Assembly (NCBI GenBank): GCA_964252035.1
Contig: OZ176200.1
DNA from: Podarcis erhardii
Lineage: Eukaryota
Length of the DNA stretch: 64,000 nt
Strand: one strand, 5' to 3'
The translations under genes and the position numbers were made by a program. Numbering within the stretch: the first letter of the stretch is position 1; each line of letters starts with the position of its first letter. The notes below the pieces were generated by a model. That model was not told where the DNA came from. It searched no databases and worked only from the letters and a program-made list of their open reading frames with translations. This document shows, piece by piece, positions 1-14,220 of the stretch.

Positions 1-426
1 AGCACCTATCATCCCACAACTACAGCACTTGCTCTCTGCACTCCCTTTCCTTGGATGGGATGAAAATCCTGGTTTAATAGTTAAATAAATAAATAACAAT
101 GTTGTGTTTGGGCTTCTGGGACTGAGAGGTCCTAGCCTACTGTTGATAGCAAATATTTATTTCCTCCTTCCAGAGCTCTTGGGAAAGACTTGCATATGGT
201 TCAGAGAAAGTTTCCCATCTAGGCAGCTTACAGGACCAGACCTGCATAGCTTCAATAGAAAACTGTGTCACATGCCTAGTTCAGATAATTCAATCAAAAG
301 GAAAGGAAAATAATTCACAGCTCAAGGAATAGGCAGGACAGTGAATGCTGAATTAGAAAGTTTGGACATAAACTGAAGCCCAGAAATTTAGGAAGCTGTA
401 GCTGGGAACAGAGATAGAGAAACCCT

Positions 427-480
427 AGAGAGAGAGAGAGAGAGAGGGAGGGAGAGAGAGGGAGAGAGGGAGGAAGGGAG
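427..480. repeat. (GA)n/purine-rich tract
   Basis: Direct reading of the sequence. Confidence 0.9.
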
Positions 481-3400
481 CATGATGGTGGGAGCTAGGA
501 ATATTTGGATGCAAAATGAGGGCTGCTTCCAGACAGGTTTTTCTTGTGTATGTATTCTGCTATGTTCCATCAATACCAGTGGGCATAGCTGCCATAATGG
601 GGGAAAGGAAGGTCAAATTTGCTGAGGGGTCACTTAGAAAACAAGTTGTGAGCCATGCTTTAAAATAAAATCAATTTATTGAATGCTAGCAGTTCATTCA
701 TTTAAGCATGATTGCTCATTGCTATTCATGGAATGTCAAAAAAAATGTTTGTTATGGATTGTTTTGCAGTTTCTAAGAAAGAAAGCATGTTGCTGAAATG
801 GTGGTGACCAGAAAGGGTTCTCGCCCTCTGTTTTCTAAATTAGAGTTCTAGTGCTATAGCACTCTTTCATTTTAAGCCACAGGTGGCCCCAACCTCATTT
901 TTGGTAGCCTCCCAATATCTCCCCAAGTTGCCGCAGTCTTCTGTCCTACTTCAGTTCCTTCTTACAATTCCTGGCTTTTTATAGTGTTTCTCCCCTTTTC
1001 TATATAGTTCTAAAGCAATTAAAAAGAGCAGTATTTTATTTGCTACAACTAAATGTCATTACTTACTCACTTTTCGCTTGGTTGTTTGACTTGGGAAGGA
1101 ACTTGCCACCCCCCCTCCCCCCACGTTGTCTAATAACTTGTTGGTAGGCTGTTGCCATGTGTATATCTAGCAAAATGAGAAAGCAATTACTTTCACTCGC
1201 TTTCCAAAAAACCCAAAAACTGCACTGGTCTGTTTTACTACTGAAAAAATAAACATCACCTCTGTATACTTCCTTGTGAGTAACTCCAACAAACCCAGTG
1301 GAGCTTACCTGCATAGGTTTGGGAATTCTAATTGAGATAGCCATGATGAAAATTGAAGCAGGGTGGTCTTTGTTCTGGATTAGTCAGAAAGTTGTCTTAG
1401 CACTAGAATGGTGTTATAAAATGGTACCTGCTACAAAGGTTATAGTGAATGTGTGCTGAACTGTGATAGGTTCACCATCCTGATAATCAGATACTGCCTC
1501 AAAAAACAGGCAGAAGAGTAGTGGCAAGAGCATCTACATTGGTAGATATTTTGCCTTCTCTTCTGCTTTCAAAAGTATCTGACCTTCTGCAGTAAGAAAA
1601 AAAAAAGACAGAAGCAGCACTAGGGAAAACATGAGAGGATTCCAGAATGTGAGTGAACAATGCATGGCAATTTGAAACTAAATGCTCAATGAGGAAGCAA
1701 CCTGGTCTCACTTCTGGCCTCTGGGTTGTTTCTTCTTTGGTGTCCTAATCAGGTCATGAAGAAGAGTCCATGGGGGCAGGGGGGCAGGGAGGTTGCAAAG
1801 CAGCACCAAGGAGAGCTCCTAGTGAGCAACATGTTTCAACAGTGTGTGAGACTGTAATGAATCCTTTCATGCCTTGGCAGTTGGGGAACCCCATGCTGGG
1901 TTCCAGCCCAGCCTTGAAAAGTGGGTGGCCTTAAAGGGTCAGCTCTTAGCCTGGAGGCTTGCATTTTGCTGCCCCTACGGGAGATCATGCCAGACATGCT
2001 GCCTGTGTTTCCCCACAAACTCTGTGCATAGTATGAGGCCCCTGGGAGGTAAGCATGCTGGTCATAGGCAGTGATGCAGTCTCTGGTCCAATCTCAGGAG
2101 TTCCCAGTTAAGCGATCTCTGTCTTCTTGGTCCCAGAATCTCTGGAATCTTATTCTAGGATACCCCTGGTTCAGTGGTGGTGCTTAGTCCCAGCGCTGCC
2201 TTGGTAACACTATTGGTTCCTTAGCCTTTGAGGCTGTCATGATACCACACTAGCAATCACAGTTGCCCACCTGGGAGAAAAGTTGGGAGCAGAGGCTTCA
2301 GACAGAAAAATCCCCTTTGACACATTAAACCTGGGGCCCTTAATGTAGTGTCTGTAGGTGCCACAGTACCCTCAGACACATCTCTTGGAACCTGCCACAG
2401 CTTTCTGCTCTTCTTGTTTTTTAATTGAGTGATTTTTTAATATTTACTTTGGGAGGTTTGGTGAGAGGGTGCATGGTTGCTGTTAGCTGGCAAGATGTTG
2501 CCTGTTTTGGTGGGGTATAGGTGTTTTGTTTGTGGGTTTTTTTTGGGGGGGGGTGTTTCTAAGCATTGCCAGTTTCTCTTCTGTGACGTGGGTATTTTGT
2601 GTTGCCCATTTTGATTTCTTAGATTTCCAAATGCATCTCCGACTTCCCAAAATGTTGGGGAGCCTGCATTAAACAAACAGGTGTCATTGGGGCCTATGTA
2701 ATCCTCTTGGCTGGTTCCACTGGATCTTGCTAAGAAAACTGGGGTGTTTATAGGATTGCTACCTCTCCTGGCAGATGAGTTGTCATTGCTCACTTGCATA
2801 TATGAATAGAGCTAAATGTGTGCAAATTAAAATTCCAAGGCTTCTCATTAATGCCTGTCTAAGCCAAAACAACATACTGGATTGTTAGGAAACTGGTTAG
2901 CCTGATTTACTAGGCCAGATAGCAATCAGCTTATTGGCTGGTTCTATTGTCCTAAATAAAAGCCACCAACTCCTCATAAACACACTTAATCACAAATCTT
3001 ATCTATCTGATGGGTACTTGCATACTTCATAAAACACACATACTTAATCCTTCGTGCATAGGATATTTTGTCACGGGGTGTGTGTGTTCATGTGTGTTAC
3101 TGCTTGTAATATGAAACCTTCCCTGGCAGCAGACTTTTGAGCAGAGTTTGTCTTCTCTCATTGATAAACTCAGTTCTGGAAATTCCCCTCTGCACAGTGA
3201 AACAATGCTGGGCTATGGGGATTGCAGCCTGCAGCTTGTGCTGTGGGAGCTTGCGTGACTCCAGCGCATCTCAGAGAGTATAAACAAAGCCAAAGCCAGA
3301 AACGTGCTCTAATTATAGCTGGCAAGCTTTGCATGGTGAGAGACTCTATGGTGCCTAAGAGTTCCCATCCTCACCTTCCCATTCAAATTGCTCGTAACTG

Positions 3401-5223
3401 GAGGGTTTGAATGGATCTCCAAGGTCAGCTAGTACAACTCCTGGCCCCAAAGTTTGGCCTCTGGCAGCAGCCTGAGATCCAAGCAATAGTATGACACCAG
3501 AGCACAGGAGACTAAAGGACAACTACCTTAACACTGCACCCCTGTGCACTCTTTTAACTTAGGAGTGAGGTCCTTTGTGTACAGGGGAAATAATTTCTAA
3601 TAAGTAAGGTAATAAGTAAGTATAGGCCTAGTCTGCCTGTTTATTTAATATATATTTTACCTTTCCCCCAAGTTGTTATAAAATACGAAGTGGTCAAAAA
3701 CAATAGTTAAAAATACAACAAAACACATTTAGAACCAGCTTTAAAATACGGATTGCCCAGATAGCAGACCAGTGGTCAACGTACTCTGCACCTAGTTTTC
3801 AAATGTTGGTTTAAACAGGAAGCTCTTTGCCTTGTCCATTGCAATAGTGGGCCTTAGTAGGATCTTCTGACCCTGGCATGGTGGTCTCTAGGGCTTTCCA
3901 GGCTCAAAGCCCAGAATGTTGGATGGAACTCCATTCTGGAAAATGTAAGGCAGCAACTACCATGGCTGCCAAAGAGGTCTTAAGGTCTTAAAGCCAAAGC
4001 TGCAAGGTCTTGCCTTTTGCCTCCTTGAATCCTGGCAGAGGAGAGGAAAGCAGTAACTGCTCCATGTTTCTGTTTCTGTCTATCTGGGTCAGGTGGTCAG
4101 TGAAGGACCTCTTGTAGCAGAGGGAAGAGGACTGTGTTGTGGAGACTGAGGCTCAATACACCCCAGAGCATTAACACCCATGGGGTAGTCATAACTCAGC
4201 ACTATTGTCCAGTAACCTCAGCATAGTAGGAATTGTGCATCATTCAACAGAGACTGAAGCGGGTGACAAGAGCAAGAAATTGCTACAGATTTGGACAGTG
4301 AAAGTGTGGAGCTACAGCTTGTGTTCAGATCTGACTCACCTGTACCCCCATGTTCAGATAAGCATGTCAGGAGGAAGCCAAGAATACACAGGCAAGATCC
4401 TGTTTTCCCTGTATCTCCTTCTCCCATAGTCCTCATGCTGCCTAGTACAGACTCTGCCTATAAAGTCACCAGCCTGGCCCCTGGCAGAACAAATTTTAAT
4501 AGCTCACTTGATCACACAAGTGAAGTGGGCTTGGGGGTTGGGGGAATAAATTTATTCCAGTTTGCAAACTCATTCTTCCTTAATCATCTGGAGGTGAACT
4601 CTACTCACCTATTTCACAAGTGTGGCCTAATGTGATGTGAAGCAAGAGTTGTGGTACAGGAGCCAAAGAACACTCCTCTCCCAATGTGCACATATAGAGG
4701 TCTAGGAGCTAATCACCCATGGAGGCGACAGGGACTGTTTGACAAGATAGCATTCATAGGCCTTAGGCCATCAGACAAGGGGATGAACAATCAGGCAGTG
4801 CTTAAGCTTTGAAGCTGAGCAGCTGTCTGAAATAAAAGGACACCAGTCCCTTATCTGTCGTCCTGAGGGGCTGGGATCAGAACTGCCGCCTCATCTTTAT
4901 CAAGGAACATAGTTTGTTGTTTTCCTATGGGCCAAAAGACAGTGTGATATGGAAGATCTATGATCAGGTCTCCAAATGCCTTTTTCTTGGTTAAAAGCAG
5001 CTGCTGGGGAGTGGGGCTGGATAAAGGGTAGGGCTGTGGTGCTGAAGAGGGGCCGGTTAACCCTTCACCTATCTCCAAAATCTCTTGCCTGAAACCTCTG
5101 TTACTTGAGGGGATAGGATTGCCAAAGGTGTAAAGTGCTGTGATTTTTGCTGTGACTTGAAAAGGCCATGCCTGTTGGAATCCCTGCTATGTGTGACTGA
5201 CAGCAGGGGGAAGGGGGCCACAA

Positions 5224-5359
5224 CAAGGACTGGGGAATCTATCACATTCCAGGTGTTGTTAGACTCCAACTCCCATCAACCCCAGCCAGCGTGGGATGAA
5301 GGGAGATGTACTCAAGCAAAATCTGAAGTGCCATCCCTTTCAGGTTTCGCCATCCCTGG
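5224..5359. mobile_element. Palindromic hAT-derived MITE (gactacaactcccat family)
   Basis: CAGGG..GGGAA-type termini with internal actccaactcccatca core. Family recurs many times in this window. Confidence 0.55.
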
Positions 5360-5481
5360 AATAAGCTCATGGGCAAGCCGTTAAACCTTCACACAACTGT
5401 ACTGTGCAAATGCAATGGAAGATCTCATGTGGGTGGTGAGCATTGCAATGGTGACTAAGAGAAATGTGCTCTTTCTTGCAG

Positions 5482-5858
5482 GTTTCCGTGAGAGTGCTTT
5501 TGCCTATGCCATTGCAGCCGCAGGGGTGGTACATGCTGTCTCCAATGCATGCTCCCTGGGCAAGCTGCAGGCATGTGGCTGTGACCAGAAGCGCCGTGGG
5601 GATGAGGAAGCTTTCCGCCTCAAGCTGCACCGTCTCCAGCTGGAGGCCATGAACCGAGGCAAGGGGATGATGCATGGAGTGCACTTGGAACACATGCCAG
5701 CTGAGGCCCCAGGCCTGCAAGACTCCTGGGAGTGGGGGGGCTGCAGCCCCGATGTGGACTATGGGGAGAAATTTTCCAAGGACTTCTTAGATTCCCGGGA
5801 GACCTACCGAGACATCCACTCTCGCATGAGACTGCACAACAACCGTGTTGGCCGGCAG
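5482..5858 (+). CDS. WNT10A: Wnt-10a, penultimate coding exon (exon 3 equivalent)
   Basis: Translates to [24 protein letters not shown]...KLHRLQLEA...[12 protein letters not shown]...[10 protein letters not shown]...[12 protein letters not shown], which matches the vertebrate WNT10A exon-3 peptide. The [16 protein letters not shown] insert is Wnt10-specific. Acceptor ttcttgcag|GT at 5481/5482; donor CAG|gtgagc at 5858/5859. Confidence 0.97.
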
Positions 5859-6109
5859 GTGAGCTGAAAGCGCAGCAATGGGTTGGGTGGGGAGTTGGAG
5901 TCAAGGCTTGGAAAAAGGTTTCTGGGAGGGAGTCAATAACCCAGACAGTTCCTGATCTATAGAAATAAACGAGACTGATCATTCCAGCTCAGACACTCAT
6001 ATACCTGGTTGGTCCAAGATGGTTTGTACAGGGCTGGCGTAACTGAGAAATGCTGTCTGCATTTAATGTGATGGCAACTTCTGATGCAATCAGATGCAGA
6101 CTTGAGTCA

Positions 6110-6363
6110 GGGCTTATCCACACTTACCTTTTGCCCTGCTCTTTCCAGGCACAAGTTCCCCTCACCTACAGTTTAGCATTCAGTGGGAACAAACATCAGT
6201 TTGGGGTTTGGGCATATTGCTGTTTGCTCTGATTAAGCTTTAAAGAGCAGGTTTTCATGGGGAAAGCTCCAGAAGGGTGGGGAGAAAGGGCGCTTGGACA
6301 TGAAGATTTAAAGCATGGACCATGCACGGAAAGAGCGGAGGAAAAGTAAGTGTGGATAAGCCC
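6110..6363. mobile_element. Non-autonomous DNA transposon (PIF/Harbinger-like MITE)
   Basis: Perfect 18-bp TIR gggcttatccacacttac / gtaagtgtggataagccc; 3-bp flanks tca and tcc. Confidence 0.7.
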
Positions 6364-7053
6364 TCCCATAGTGTACTGTGCTTGCATTCTGCCAGTGCTT
6401 GATCCCTGCCTGGAGCAATCTGAGAACCAAGAGCATCAATTGTGGTTTGTTTACCAGCAGAAATGTTAGCATGGTAGGGGCATCCTCATCTCTGCTTCCC
6501 TGATGCACAGCTTCTCATACTTGCATTTTAGATGAAGCAGAAGTGCGGAACGTGCAAGAAAATTATGGTAATTCAAGAGATTTATTGTTCTGTTTAACTA
6601 CTTAATCCATAAGAAAAGGCTCCATTACTCTGCATACTCAAGTCTGATTCCAAGCTCACTGGAAAGCAAATAGAACACCCATGATTAGAAGCAGTTTACT
6701 CCTAGTCACTGAATGCTTAGAGCAAACATGGCATGGACTGTATTCATCTATTTGTTGACTATCTATCCCACCATGGCTAGAATGACTATTATGCTATCCT
6801 TTGCTTATGAGACTGACATGGCATTTGGCTGGACACGATGTGCATGAGAATGCTGGAAGAGATTGACTCTCTGTTTTCTTACACTGCTCAGTGGATTTCT
6901 GCTTTCCATAAGAAGTGAGCATCGATCTGGCTCCAGAATTGCAGCAGCAAGCTGCCCAAAATAGGGATGGTTTTCATACCTTGATACCTTCATGAGTGGC
7001 ACAAGGGAGCAAATTCTTAAAGTAAATATAGAAGACCATGTTTTCACTTTTGC

Positions 7054-7277
7054 CATAAGAAGAGCCTGCTGGACCAGGCCAATGTCCCTTCTGGTCCAGC
7101 ATCCTGTTCTCTCTGTGGGTGACCAGATGCCTGTGGGAAACCTGCAAGCAGGACCTGAGGACAAGAACACTCCATTCCTGAAGTTTCCAGCAACTGGTAT
7201 TCAGAAGCATGTGGCCTCTAACACTGGAGGCAGAGCATAGCCTCCATCATGGCTAGAAGCCCTGAATTTGTCTAAAG
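7054..7277 (-). mobile_element. CR1/L2-class LINE 3' end fragment
   Basis: cataagaagagcctgctgg...ccagcatcctgttctc...ttccagcaactggtattcag...gaatttgtctaa. Same family recurs near 33476, 40467 and 57454. Confidence 0.65.
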
Positions 7278-8492
7278 TTTACTAGCTAAAATGTATGCAT
7301 ATCTGACATGCACAAACTGTACAACGACCAGTTCCAGCACTATATTTTCCTGGTGTAAACTGCCTTGTGAAATGGAGCCTGTAAAGTGGCAGCTGGTGTT
7401 GCCACAGTCAGCCCTTTGTAACATGCTTTTAAAATCCTGTCCCTGTGAACACACAGACACAGTCTCCTTGCACAAAAGTAGCTCATGATGATTAAAGCTG
7501 TTGATCTGCTTAATGATCTGCATGCACATCTCTGAAATTCCTCTGTATTCAGAATATTTGTTGTTCACTGAGGAATCGTCGAGCTGCAGGTAGTAGAGAT
7601 ATCATCTGTACATGCATCTGGCAAAGTAGATTCTGGCCCATCAAAACTTACGCTACAATATATTTTAGTTTTTAAGGTGTCAAAGAATCATTTTTTCCTG
7701 CATGTCACATACTGAGGTGTAGATCAGCCAGTGCAGTAACCCCCATCTTGGAGAAGAGCATTTGTGAGGTTTCGAGAAAAGCTTGATTCAGTCAGGCACA
7801 TCATTCTGCTGATTTAGGTTTGAATGCTAAAATACAGTTTGAGTGGGTGGCCACCCATGATCTGAGCTAGGTTCAAGCCTCTATATTCCCCCACAACTAA
7901 TAGTTCTACAGGAAAATCCAGTGAGAGTTACTATTACTAATTCATTACCTGCAACTAGAAAGTGGTTTTATAATAACAAAAGATGGATGAAGAAGTTAAT
8001 TGCTAAGGGAAGAAAACACTGAACATTTTCAGTGGAAGTAAGCCTAGCAAAAATTGTGCAGTCATCTCTAAGCTGTACAGCTGGGGAGGGCCAACTTTTT
8101 TCTATTGATGGACACATTTGAGGGTCACATTCCTGTGGGCGTAATCTGTCAGACAGCAGTAGAGTCAGAAGTGGGTGCAGCTACTCCCTTTCTGTCTTTT
8201 TGCCACCCACTTCTCCCCCCCCCTGTCCCTTTCCACCTGTTTTTCCCATTTGCCACTCACAGGAAGTTGGGCCAAGAGTTGCAGATTGCTCACCTGCATT
8301 GTATAGGTACACCTATCTGATCTGATGCACCCATTTCTAATATCATGCAATCAGAAAAAAGAGGGATGTCTGCATGGACTTGCCCACTCCCTTGAAGAGA
8401 ATGGGGAAGCCTCTTAGAGGCAGGGTGCTTCCAGGTGATAGGTTTATTGAGCACTCATTCTGATTTGTTTTCAGGGAGGTTAGATGACATTT

Positions 8493-8529
8493 GCATCAAA
8501 GCAAGTTTATCCCACACTTGCTTTGATGC
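8493..8529. repeat. Perfect 14-bp inverted repeat carrying two TCF/LEF core sites
   Basis: gcATCAAAGcaagt-ttatcccac-acttgCTTTGATgc. Confidence 0.6.
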
Positions 8530-8780
8530 AGTGTCAGTTAACCTCCCACACTTTCCAGTGCATTATCCCATCACTTCCCTTATTTCCAAAAGTCTTATCT
8601 TTTGGGAGGTGGGTTTGTTAGTTGACTTTCCAATCAACTATAATTGCACAACCTGAATTTGATGGTATATGAATCCTACCTGAATCTCACCTGAAAATGG
8701 CAACAGTCTGGAAGTGTTAGGCAAGCATTTGGATGGATTAATTTATGCAGCAAGATGATTGATCGGAGGACCTCTTAAGG

Positions 8781-8976
8781 CAGGCATGTCCAGAGTCCAT
8801 TTCAGGGGCCTAATCCGGCCCACCAGTCTGTTTAATCTTGCCCTTGTGGCAGTTTTATTTCCTGGGGTAAAATCCTAAAAAAAAGGTCAACAACTTTGGT
8901 TGGCCCTTTGGTCAGCCCTCACGGCCCTTCACTTCATCAAATCTGGCCCTCTTTGAAAAAAGTTTGGACACCACTG
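8781..8976. mobile_element. hAT-like MITE
   Basis: caggcatgtcca ... tttggacaccactg termini with internal ggccc subterminal motifs. Confidence 0.55.
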
Positions 8977-10996
8977 TACTTAAGGCTACTATCATTGCTA
9001 GACAAAGTTCTTCAGCAAAAATAGCTTTTGGCTGCACTTGATACCTGTGAACAGAGCTCTGTGTAATCTGTGACCACTCTATGCAAATGTAGAAGTAAGC
9101 ATTGGAGACACCTTAATTTCATTTTAACTTCAGTTGTTTAGGTCAAAATTCAAAACCAGCACTTTGAATTGTTCCTGGAAAGCAGCAGGAAGCCAGTGCA
9201 GGTGTTCAAGCACTAGTAAAATGTGTTCCATATTTTAGAAAGAGAGATTACTTAACAATACATTTTTTTTGTAATTTAAGAGAAATAGTGTTCTAATTAT
9301 AGCTTAGTGCACCAGACATCCTCAAGGGTAGTATATGCAAGTGGAAACTGAGCAGTGCTTAACATTGCAAATTAAATAATATAGATGCATGACTGCAGAC
9401 AGAAAAGCTTGTTACCTTAAAATGACTTCTCCCAGCACATTCACTTCCTCTATTACCTCTCAGTCTGCATCCTAAAAAGAAATGTTCCTAAAAATTGCAT
9501 CGCTGAACTCAGAAGACAATCTGCAGTAATTTGGGATTGTTACGCATCATAACAGCCTTCAGTCTTTTGCTCATCAGTTTGTTTTATGATATATGTTTAA
9601 AGTACCAATTACATGAAGTGGCCACAATGTATGTATGGTAAATTGAACTCTATTTTGGATTCACCATTCCTAACTATAAAGTCAGCCCCAGTGAACATCA
9701 GTACTTGAGATACATAACATTAGGATAGAAGGAAGCCCATGAACTGTGTCATGTTACTTATAAGTACGTAATCTCAAAATAAGGTATACAAAAGATGTCC
9801 AGTCCTATAGGGCCAACTTCTATTTATATGAGTTCATCAATTACAAGTACTGAAGGCTGGCACATCCAGATCCTGAAAGTGCTCCAGTACCTTACAAGAA
9901 TTTTCTAGAAGGGGTCATGGGTGGCTTTTCTGCCTCTGCATGACTTTGATGTGAAAAGCCATACATGGTGAAGCTTGACCTTCTGAGTAAATCGTAAAAC
10001 ATGCAGGAGTCCTCTCACACAATAAGCAGGTATGCAGTGAGCTGGGGAGTTGGTCCAATAGGACTGTTTTAAGAACCCATCGGAAAAGCAAGTGACTGTC
10101 CCACAGATATATACCACTGAGAACTAACTGACATATGTGTTAAGCAAGACCACTTTATGCCAGCACTGCCAAGGGCTGCTGCAACAAACAGCTGTACAAG
10201 CCTTTGAGAGGCAGGGATGTGAGAGGGCATCAGAGGAAGCAGGGAAGGAAGGAAAGAGGGACAGAAGCAGGCACCCCGACCATCATTCAAGGCACCCCAG
10301 GGTGCCACAGCGCACTGGTTGAAAATCACTGGCCTGAAGTGTTTTCCTTTCTCTATCATTCCTTTGAGATGGAAAGGTAAAATCTGCAGTTCAAATGCCC
10401 TTGCTGTGTTGATATAGGAGAAATCTAATCCAGGTTAATGACTGCTAATACAGGTTAAGCCTTCCTCCTGTAAACAAGCCTGCCCTAACTCTGACCTTTT
10501 GGCTCCTTGACAAGGGGGAAGGAGCCCTGCCTAATCCATCAGAGTCAGACCACTCTGCCACTGCTTTGTATCTGTGCATTTATTCCACTGCTTTGTTCCA
10601 CCAAGGTTGGTACAAGAATCAGTGCTTTTCAAATCCAGGGAAATTGAGGTTATGTATGGGATACTTGGATGGAACAATATGCCCAGGCTGATAATGGAAT
10701 CTCCTTTTTTTTTTAAAAAAAAATAATATCTGTGGGGGGATACTTGATGTATAAGATATTATGACGTATAAGATATTATGCTTCAGTGAGGAAAGGAGCT
10801 GGATCCCCAAGAGTCGATAAATCTGACAGCTAATGGCAGCCAGAAATTTAATTCTAGTGACCAGCAAGGAAAGCCTTGAATGTGTTTCACCAAAGGGTTA
10901 CCCATTTTTCAAAACACTGGAAGCGAAACAAGGAGGCAGAAAGTGTCTCTATAAAAAAGATGTTAGAGTGAGTTGCATACTAGGATCCAGTATCAG

Positions 10997-11417
10997 TGTT
11001 AGGAGCTGGTGTCGGGTTTTCTTAATATTGATGTGGTCAGTGGTGCTACTCAGGTGTGTCTGTTTGTAATTATAACCTGCATGGCAGCACATCTGTGAGC
11101 TTTTCACAATTTAGCACACCTGAGGTATCTTAACAATTTAACTAATTAGCAGGGGGGAGTTTACCTACTGCACTGAATGCAGCGATGTGATAGGGTAATT
11201 GTTTATTTGAAAAATGTATTTAAGTTGATCAAGTGGTATAGTGTGTACTGTTATAGAATACTGTTAAGGAATGCTGTTGATGAATGGTAGTGAGAAGGGG
11301 TGTTTTGCAGCTGTTTGATTATTATTTAAAAATAAAGTAAGCAAAGATATTGTGGGCAAGTTTTTATTCCATCGCCCCAGTCGCTGCGTAAACTTGGTTG
11401 GCAAAGAAGGTCCAACA
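10997..11417 (+). mobile_element. Possible degenerate solo LTR in WNT10A intron
   Basis: TGTT...AACA ends with an internal aataaagtaag box; no TSD found. Confidence 0.3.
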
Positions 11418-13693
11418 GCTGGGAAGGAGGGATTGCTACAGTGTTAGAAACTGAGATATGAAAGGTAGAAGCTAAATGGCACCTTAAACCTAGGTTATGG
11501 GCGCAACAACAGAATGTCTAGGCACCCTTTTTTTTTTAACAAGAATACAAAGATGAAAATGAATGAACTGCAACTAAAATACTACTTTCATTTTTCACAT
11601 GGTCTAGTCCTTCCCCTGCCCACCCCCCTAATATTCTTAAGAGGGTCTCTTCTCCAGTCTTCAGAGAGTAGCTGGAAGTGGGGAGGCAGAAAAAGGTCCT
11701 CCTTTCCTTCCACTCTGCAGTTTTATTCTGAAATCTAGGCACAGTACTGCGCCCAGAGCTCAGAAACTGCTCACCCTAATGAAATTCTCTGTCACAAAAT
11801 GTGCCTAGAACAATGGGAGTTTTGAACACTGGCTACAAATGCACCTTGCCCATTGATCTTCACTTTGTGAAGCTCTTTTGACCAGTGGCAGTTAAAAATA
11901 ATGCACTTATTTTACTCCTGTGGAGCAGAAAGGCTCACCTTGTTGCTAAAACAGTGTTTGACTGCTATATCCAGCCAAAATGTGTGGCTTTCTTTCATCT
12001 CTTAGGACTAACCTGAAATTGCTTTGAAGCAGGAGAATGATGGTGTGTGTGTTTGTGTGTACATGATAGCAATGTGTTTGATAGGTGTGCAATGAGAAGA
12101 CTATGGTCACTGCCAGGAGACGGCAGAGTAAGATCCAGGCAGCACAGGAGCCACAAAAGGCCCTGTCAAAGAGGCATATATCCAAGAATGGTGATTGGGC
12201 CTGGCAATGACACATGGCAGCTGCACAGTTTGCATTACATTGACACCCAGGTACCCCAGCTGGGTTCTGGGACTGCGCTGCCCACAGTGCCCCAATGTAG
12301 TATTTCTACAGTGTATTGAAATGGTGTATCAGACTTAGCCAGTGGGCACTGATTGCAGCACTTTGCTGATAGCAGCACTTTGAGAGCATTCTTCAGAAAA
12401 GACCTTTCAAACCTGTAACCTGGCTCTCAAGGTGATAGAAAGGGCTTGTTCTTGTGGTGGGTTTTAGAGGGGAGACTTGGGAGGGAGGAATGGGACATCT
12501 CTCAGTTGTAAGTTAATTTAATAAAGTGGCAGTTCTATTTAATATGAACAAACTAGGCATATTTTGAGGAGCCCTAATAGGATTTTTTTAGAACTGGCCC
12601 ATGATGATGGGATACTTGTCCCCAATTTCTTACCATGTTAAGCATCTTTTTCTTTAAAAAAGCATTTTGATTCCCTCTGCCCTTCTCCCTCCTGGGACCA
12701 GTTTTCCACCGGATGCTTTCTTTGTGACCTAAAGGGTAGAATATTGGGAGTGAAGAAACTAAACCTTGGCTCCTACCAGCACTATTCAAGGAGACCCACA
12801 TTCTGGCTTCTCCTACGAAGCCTTTCCTGGAACATGCTGGTGGGTGTTCCACTCACTTGCAGAAACTGTCCCTTGCTGACAGAATTGCAGTAGATCCCTT
12901 GCCAGAGAAAAGACTCTTCGTGGTTTGTTTCTTTAAAAAGAAAAAAGAAAAAACCCCACTACAGCTGCAATCCTATATATATACTTACTTGGAAGTAAGT
13001 TTCATTGAACTTGGTGGGATTTTCATCCAAGTAAACATGCAATAGGATTGTACTGTGCAGCTGTTCTTTGAGATTAGGTGTCCTTTGAACAGTTGTACTT
13101 TCAAGCTCAGAGTAATGGGCTGGAGAGTGAGCGGAGGTGGGGGAGAGGAAGACATGCCCCTGCCTGGTTGCTATGAATGACCTTTTGTTATCCCCTTTGC
13201 ATGGTATAGACAGAGCTCTGATTTAGGAAAGATGGCTCTGGAGGGCTTCTCTGAGGGGGAGCAGCATTGTCCTCCCGCTGGTTTCTTTGGGAAGCCCCTG
13301 CCTTGGGCAGGATGGGAACTTTGTTCCTCAGCACCCTTCCCCAGTAGGGAAAGCACACAGGAAATGGTTTCCAAACCACTAGGTGGGTTGCAAGGGGGAT
13401 AATGGCTCCCAGCCTATTAGTGCTCTGTAATTTGGTGCTAATTTCCTTTATTACAGTGTTCCTGCATAGCAGGGGGTGGTGCTTGCTGCTTTCGGCGTGT
13501 GTGGGGTGTGTGTGGCTGATCTTGCCATCAAATCTGTGCAAGCAGCGGGGCTAGCACTTGGTGGGGAGATGGCACTGGCTTGCTCTGCAGGCTGGTATCA
13601 TGTGCCTGCCCTGGCCCCTTTTGTCTCTCTAAGAGGCACGGAGGAGCTTGCTTGGCAAGGCAGTCTGTACTGCAGCTGTGCTTGGTTAAGGGA

Positions 13694-13765
13694 TCATAGA
13701 ATCATAGAGTTGGAAGAGACCACAAGGGCCATCGAGTCCAACCCCCTGCCAAGCAGGAAACAACA
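13694..13765 (-). mobile_element. CR1-type 3' terminal fragment
   Basis: tcatagaatcatagagttggaagagacc...gagtccaacccc is the reverse complement of the (ATTCTRTG)n CR1 tail. Confidence 0.7.
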
Positions 13766-14220
13766 TGGATCTGTGGCAACTGGCATTGCTGTGGCATTAG
13801 GAAAACTCTGAGCTAGCAAGGCTAGAGCTGCACCCATGAAGGACATAACTTGCCTTGTTGGATCAGACCAAAATTCCCATCTGGTCCTGTCCTCTTGTCA
13901 CCAGACAGGTCACCCTGGCAAGCTTCTAAAAAAGCTCTAGCCTCTCCCTATTCCTTGCTACCAGCACTCCCTCTACACGTGCACTTGCCTGACAATTACT
14001 ACAGCATGCATGCAGGAGCAGGTGGCATATAGCTAAATGGAGCAGGTCTGCACACTTAGTGACTTGCCATAAAAAGTGTACTATAGGTTGCTAGGAGCCT
14101 GATAACACTTGTTTTTGCCCTTACCTGGGACTGCAGGAGCAAGGTGGTTGTCAAAACACCTGGTAGGTGAACCTCACTGGTACACTGAGTTTGGCTTGGT
14201 GGGTAGCAAACTGTTTCATT

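Noticed and set aside
388-573. ORF containing HSRIHTQEKP, resembling a C2H2 zinc-finger linker
   Set aside because: No flanking C-x2-C or second finger; the rest of the ORF runs through a (GA)n tract. Likely chance.
1985-2000. p63/p53-like double CATG site in the WNT10A intron
   Set aside because: The two CATG cores are 5 nt apart rather than the canonical 6.
5415-5867. Calling the Wnt exon WNT10B, or using the ORF-track start (MEDLM...)
   Set aside because: The peptide matches WNT10A wording ([21 protein letters not shown]-type end); the true exon is bounded by splice sites at 5482 and 5858.
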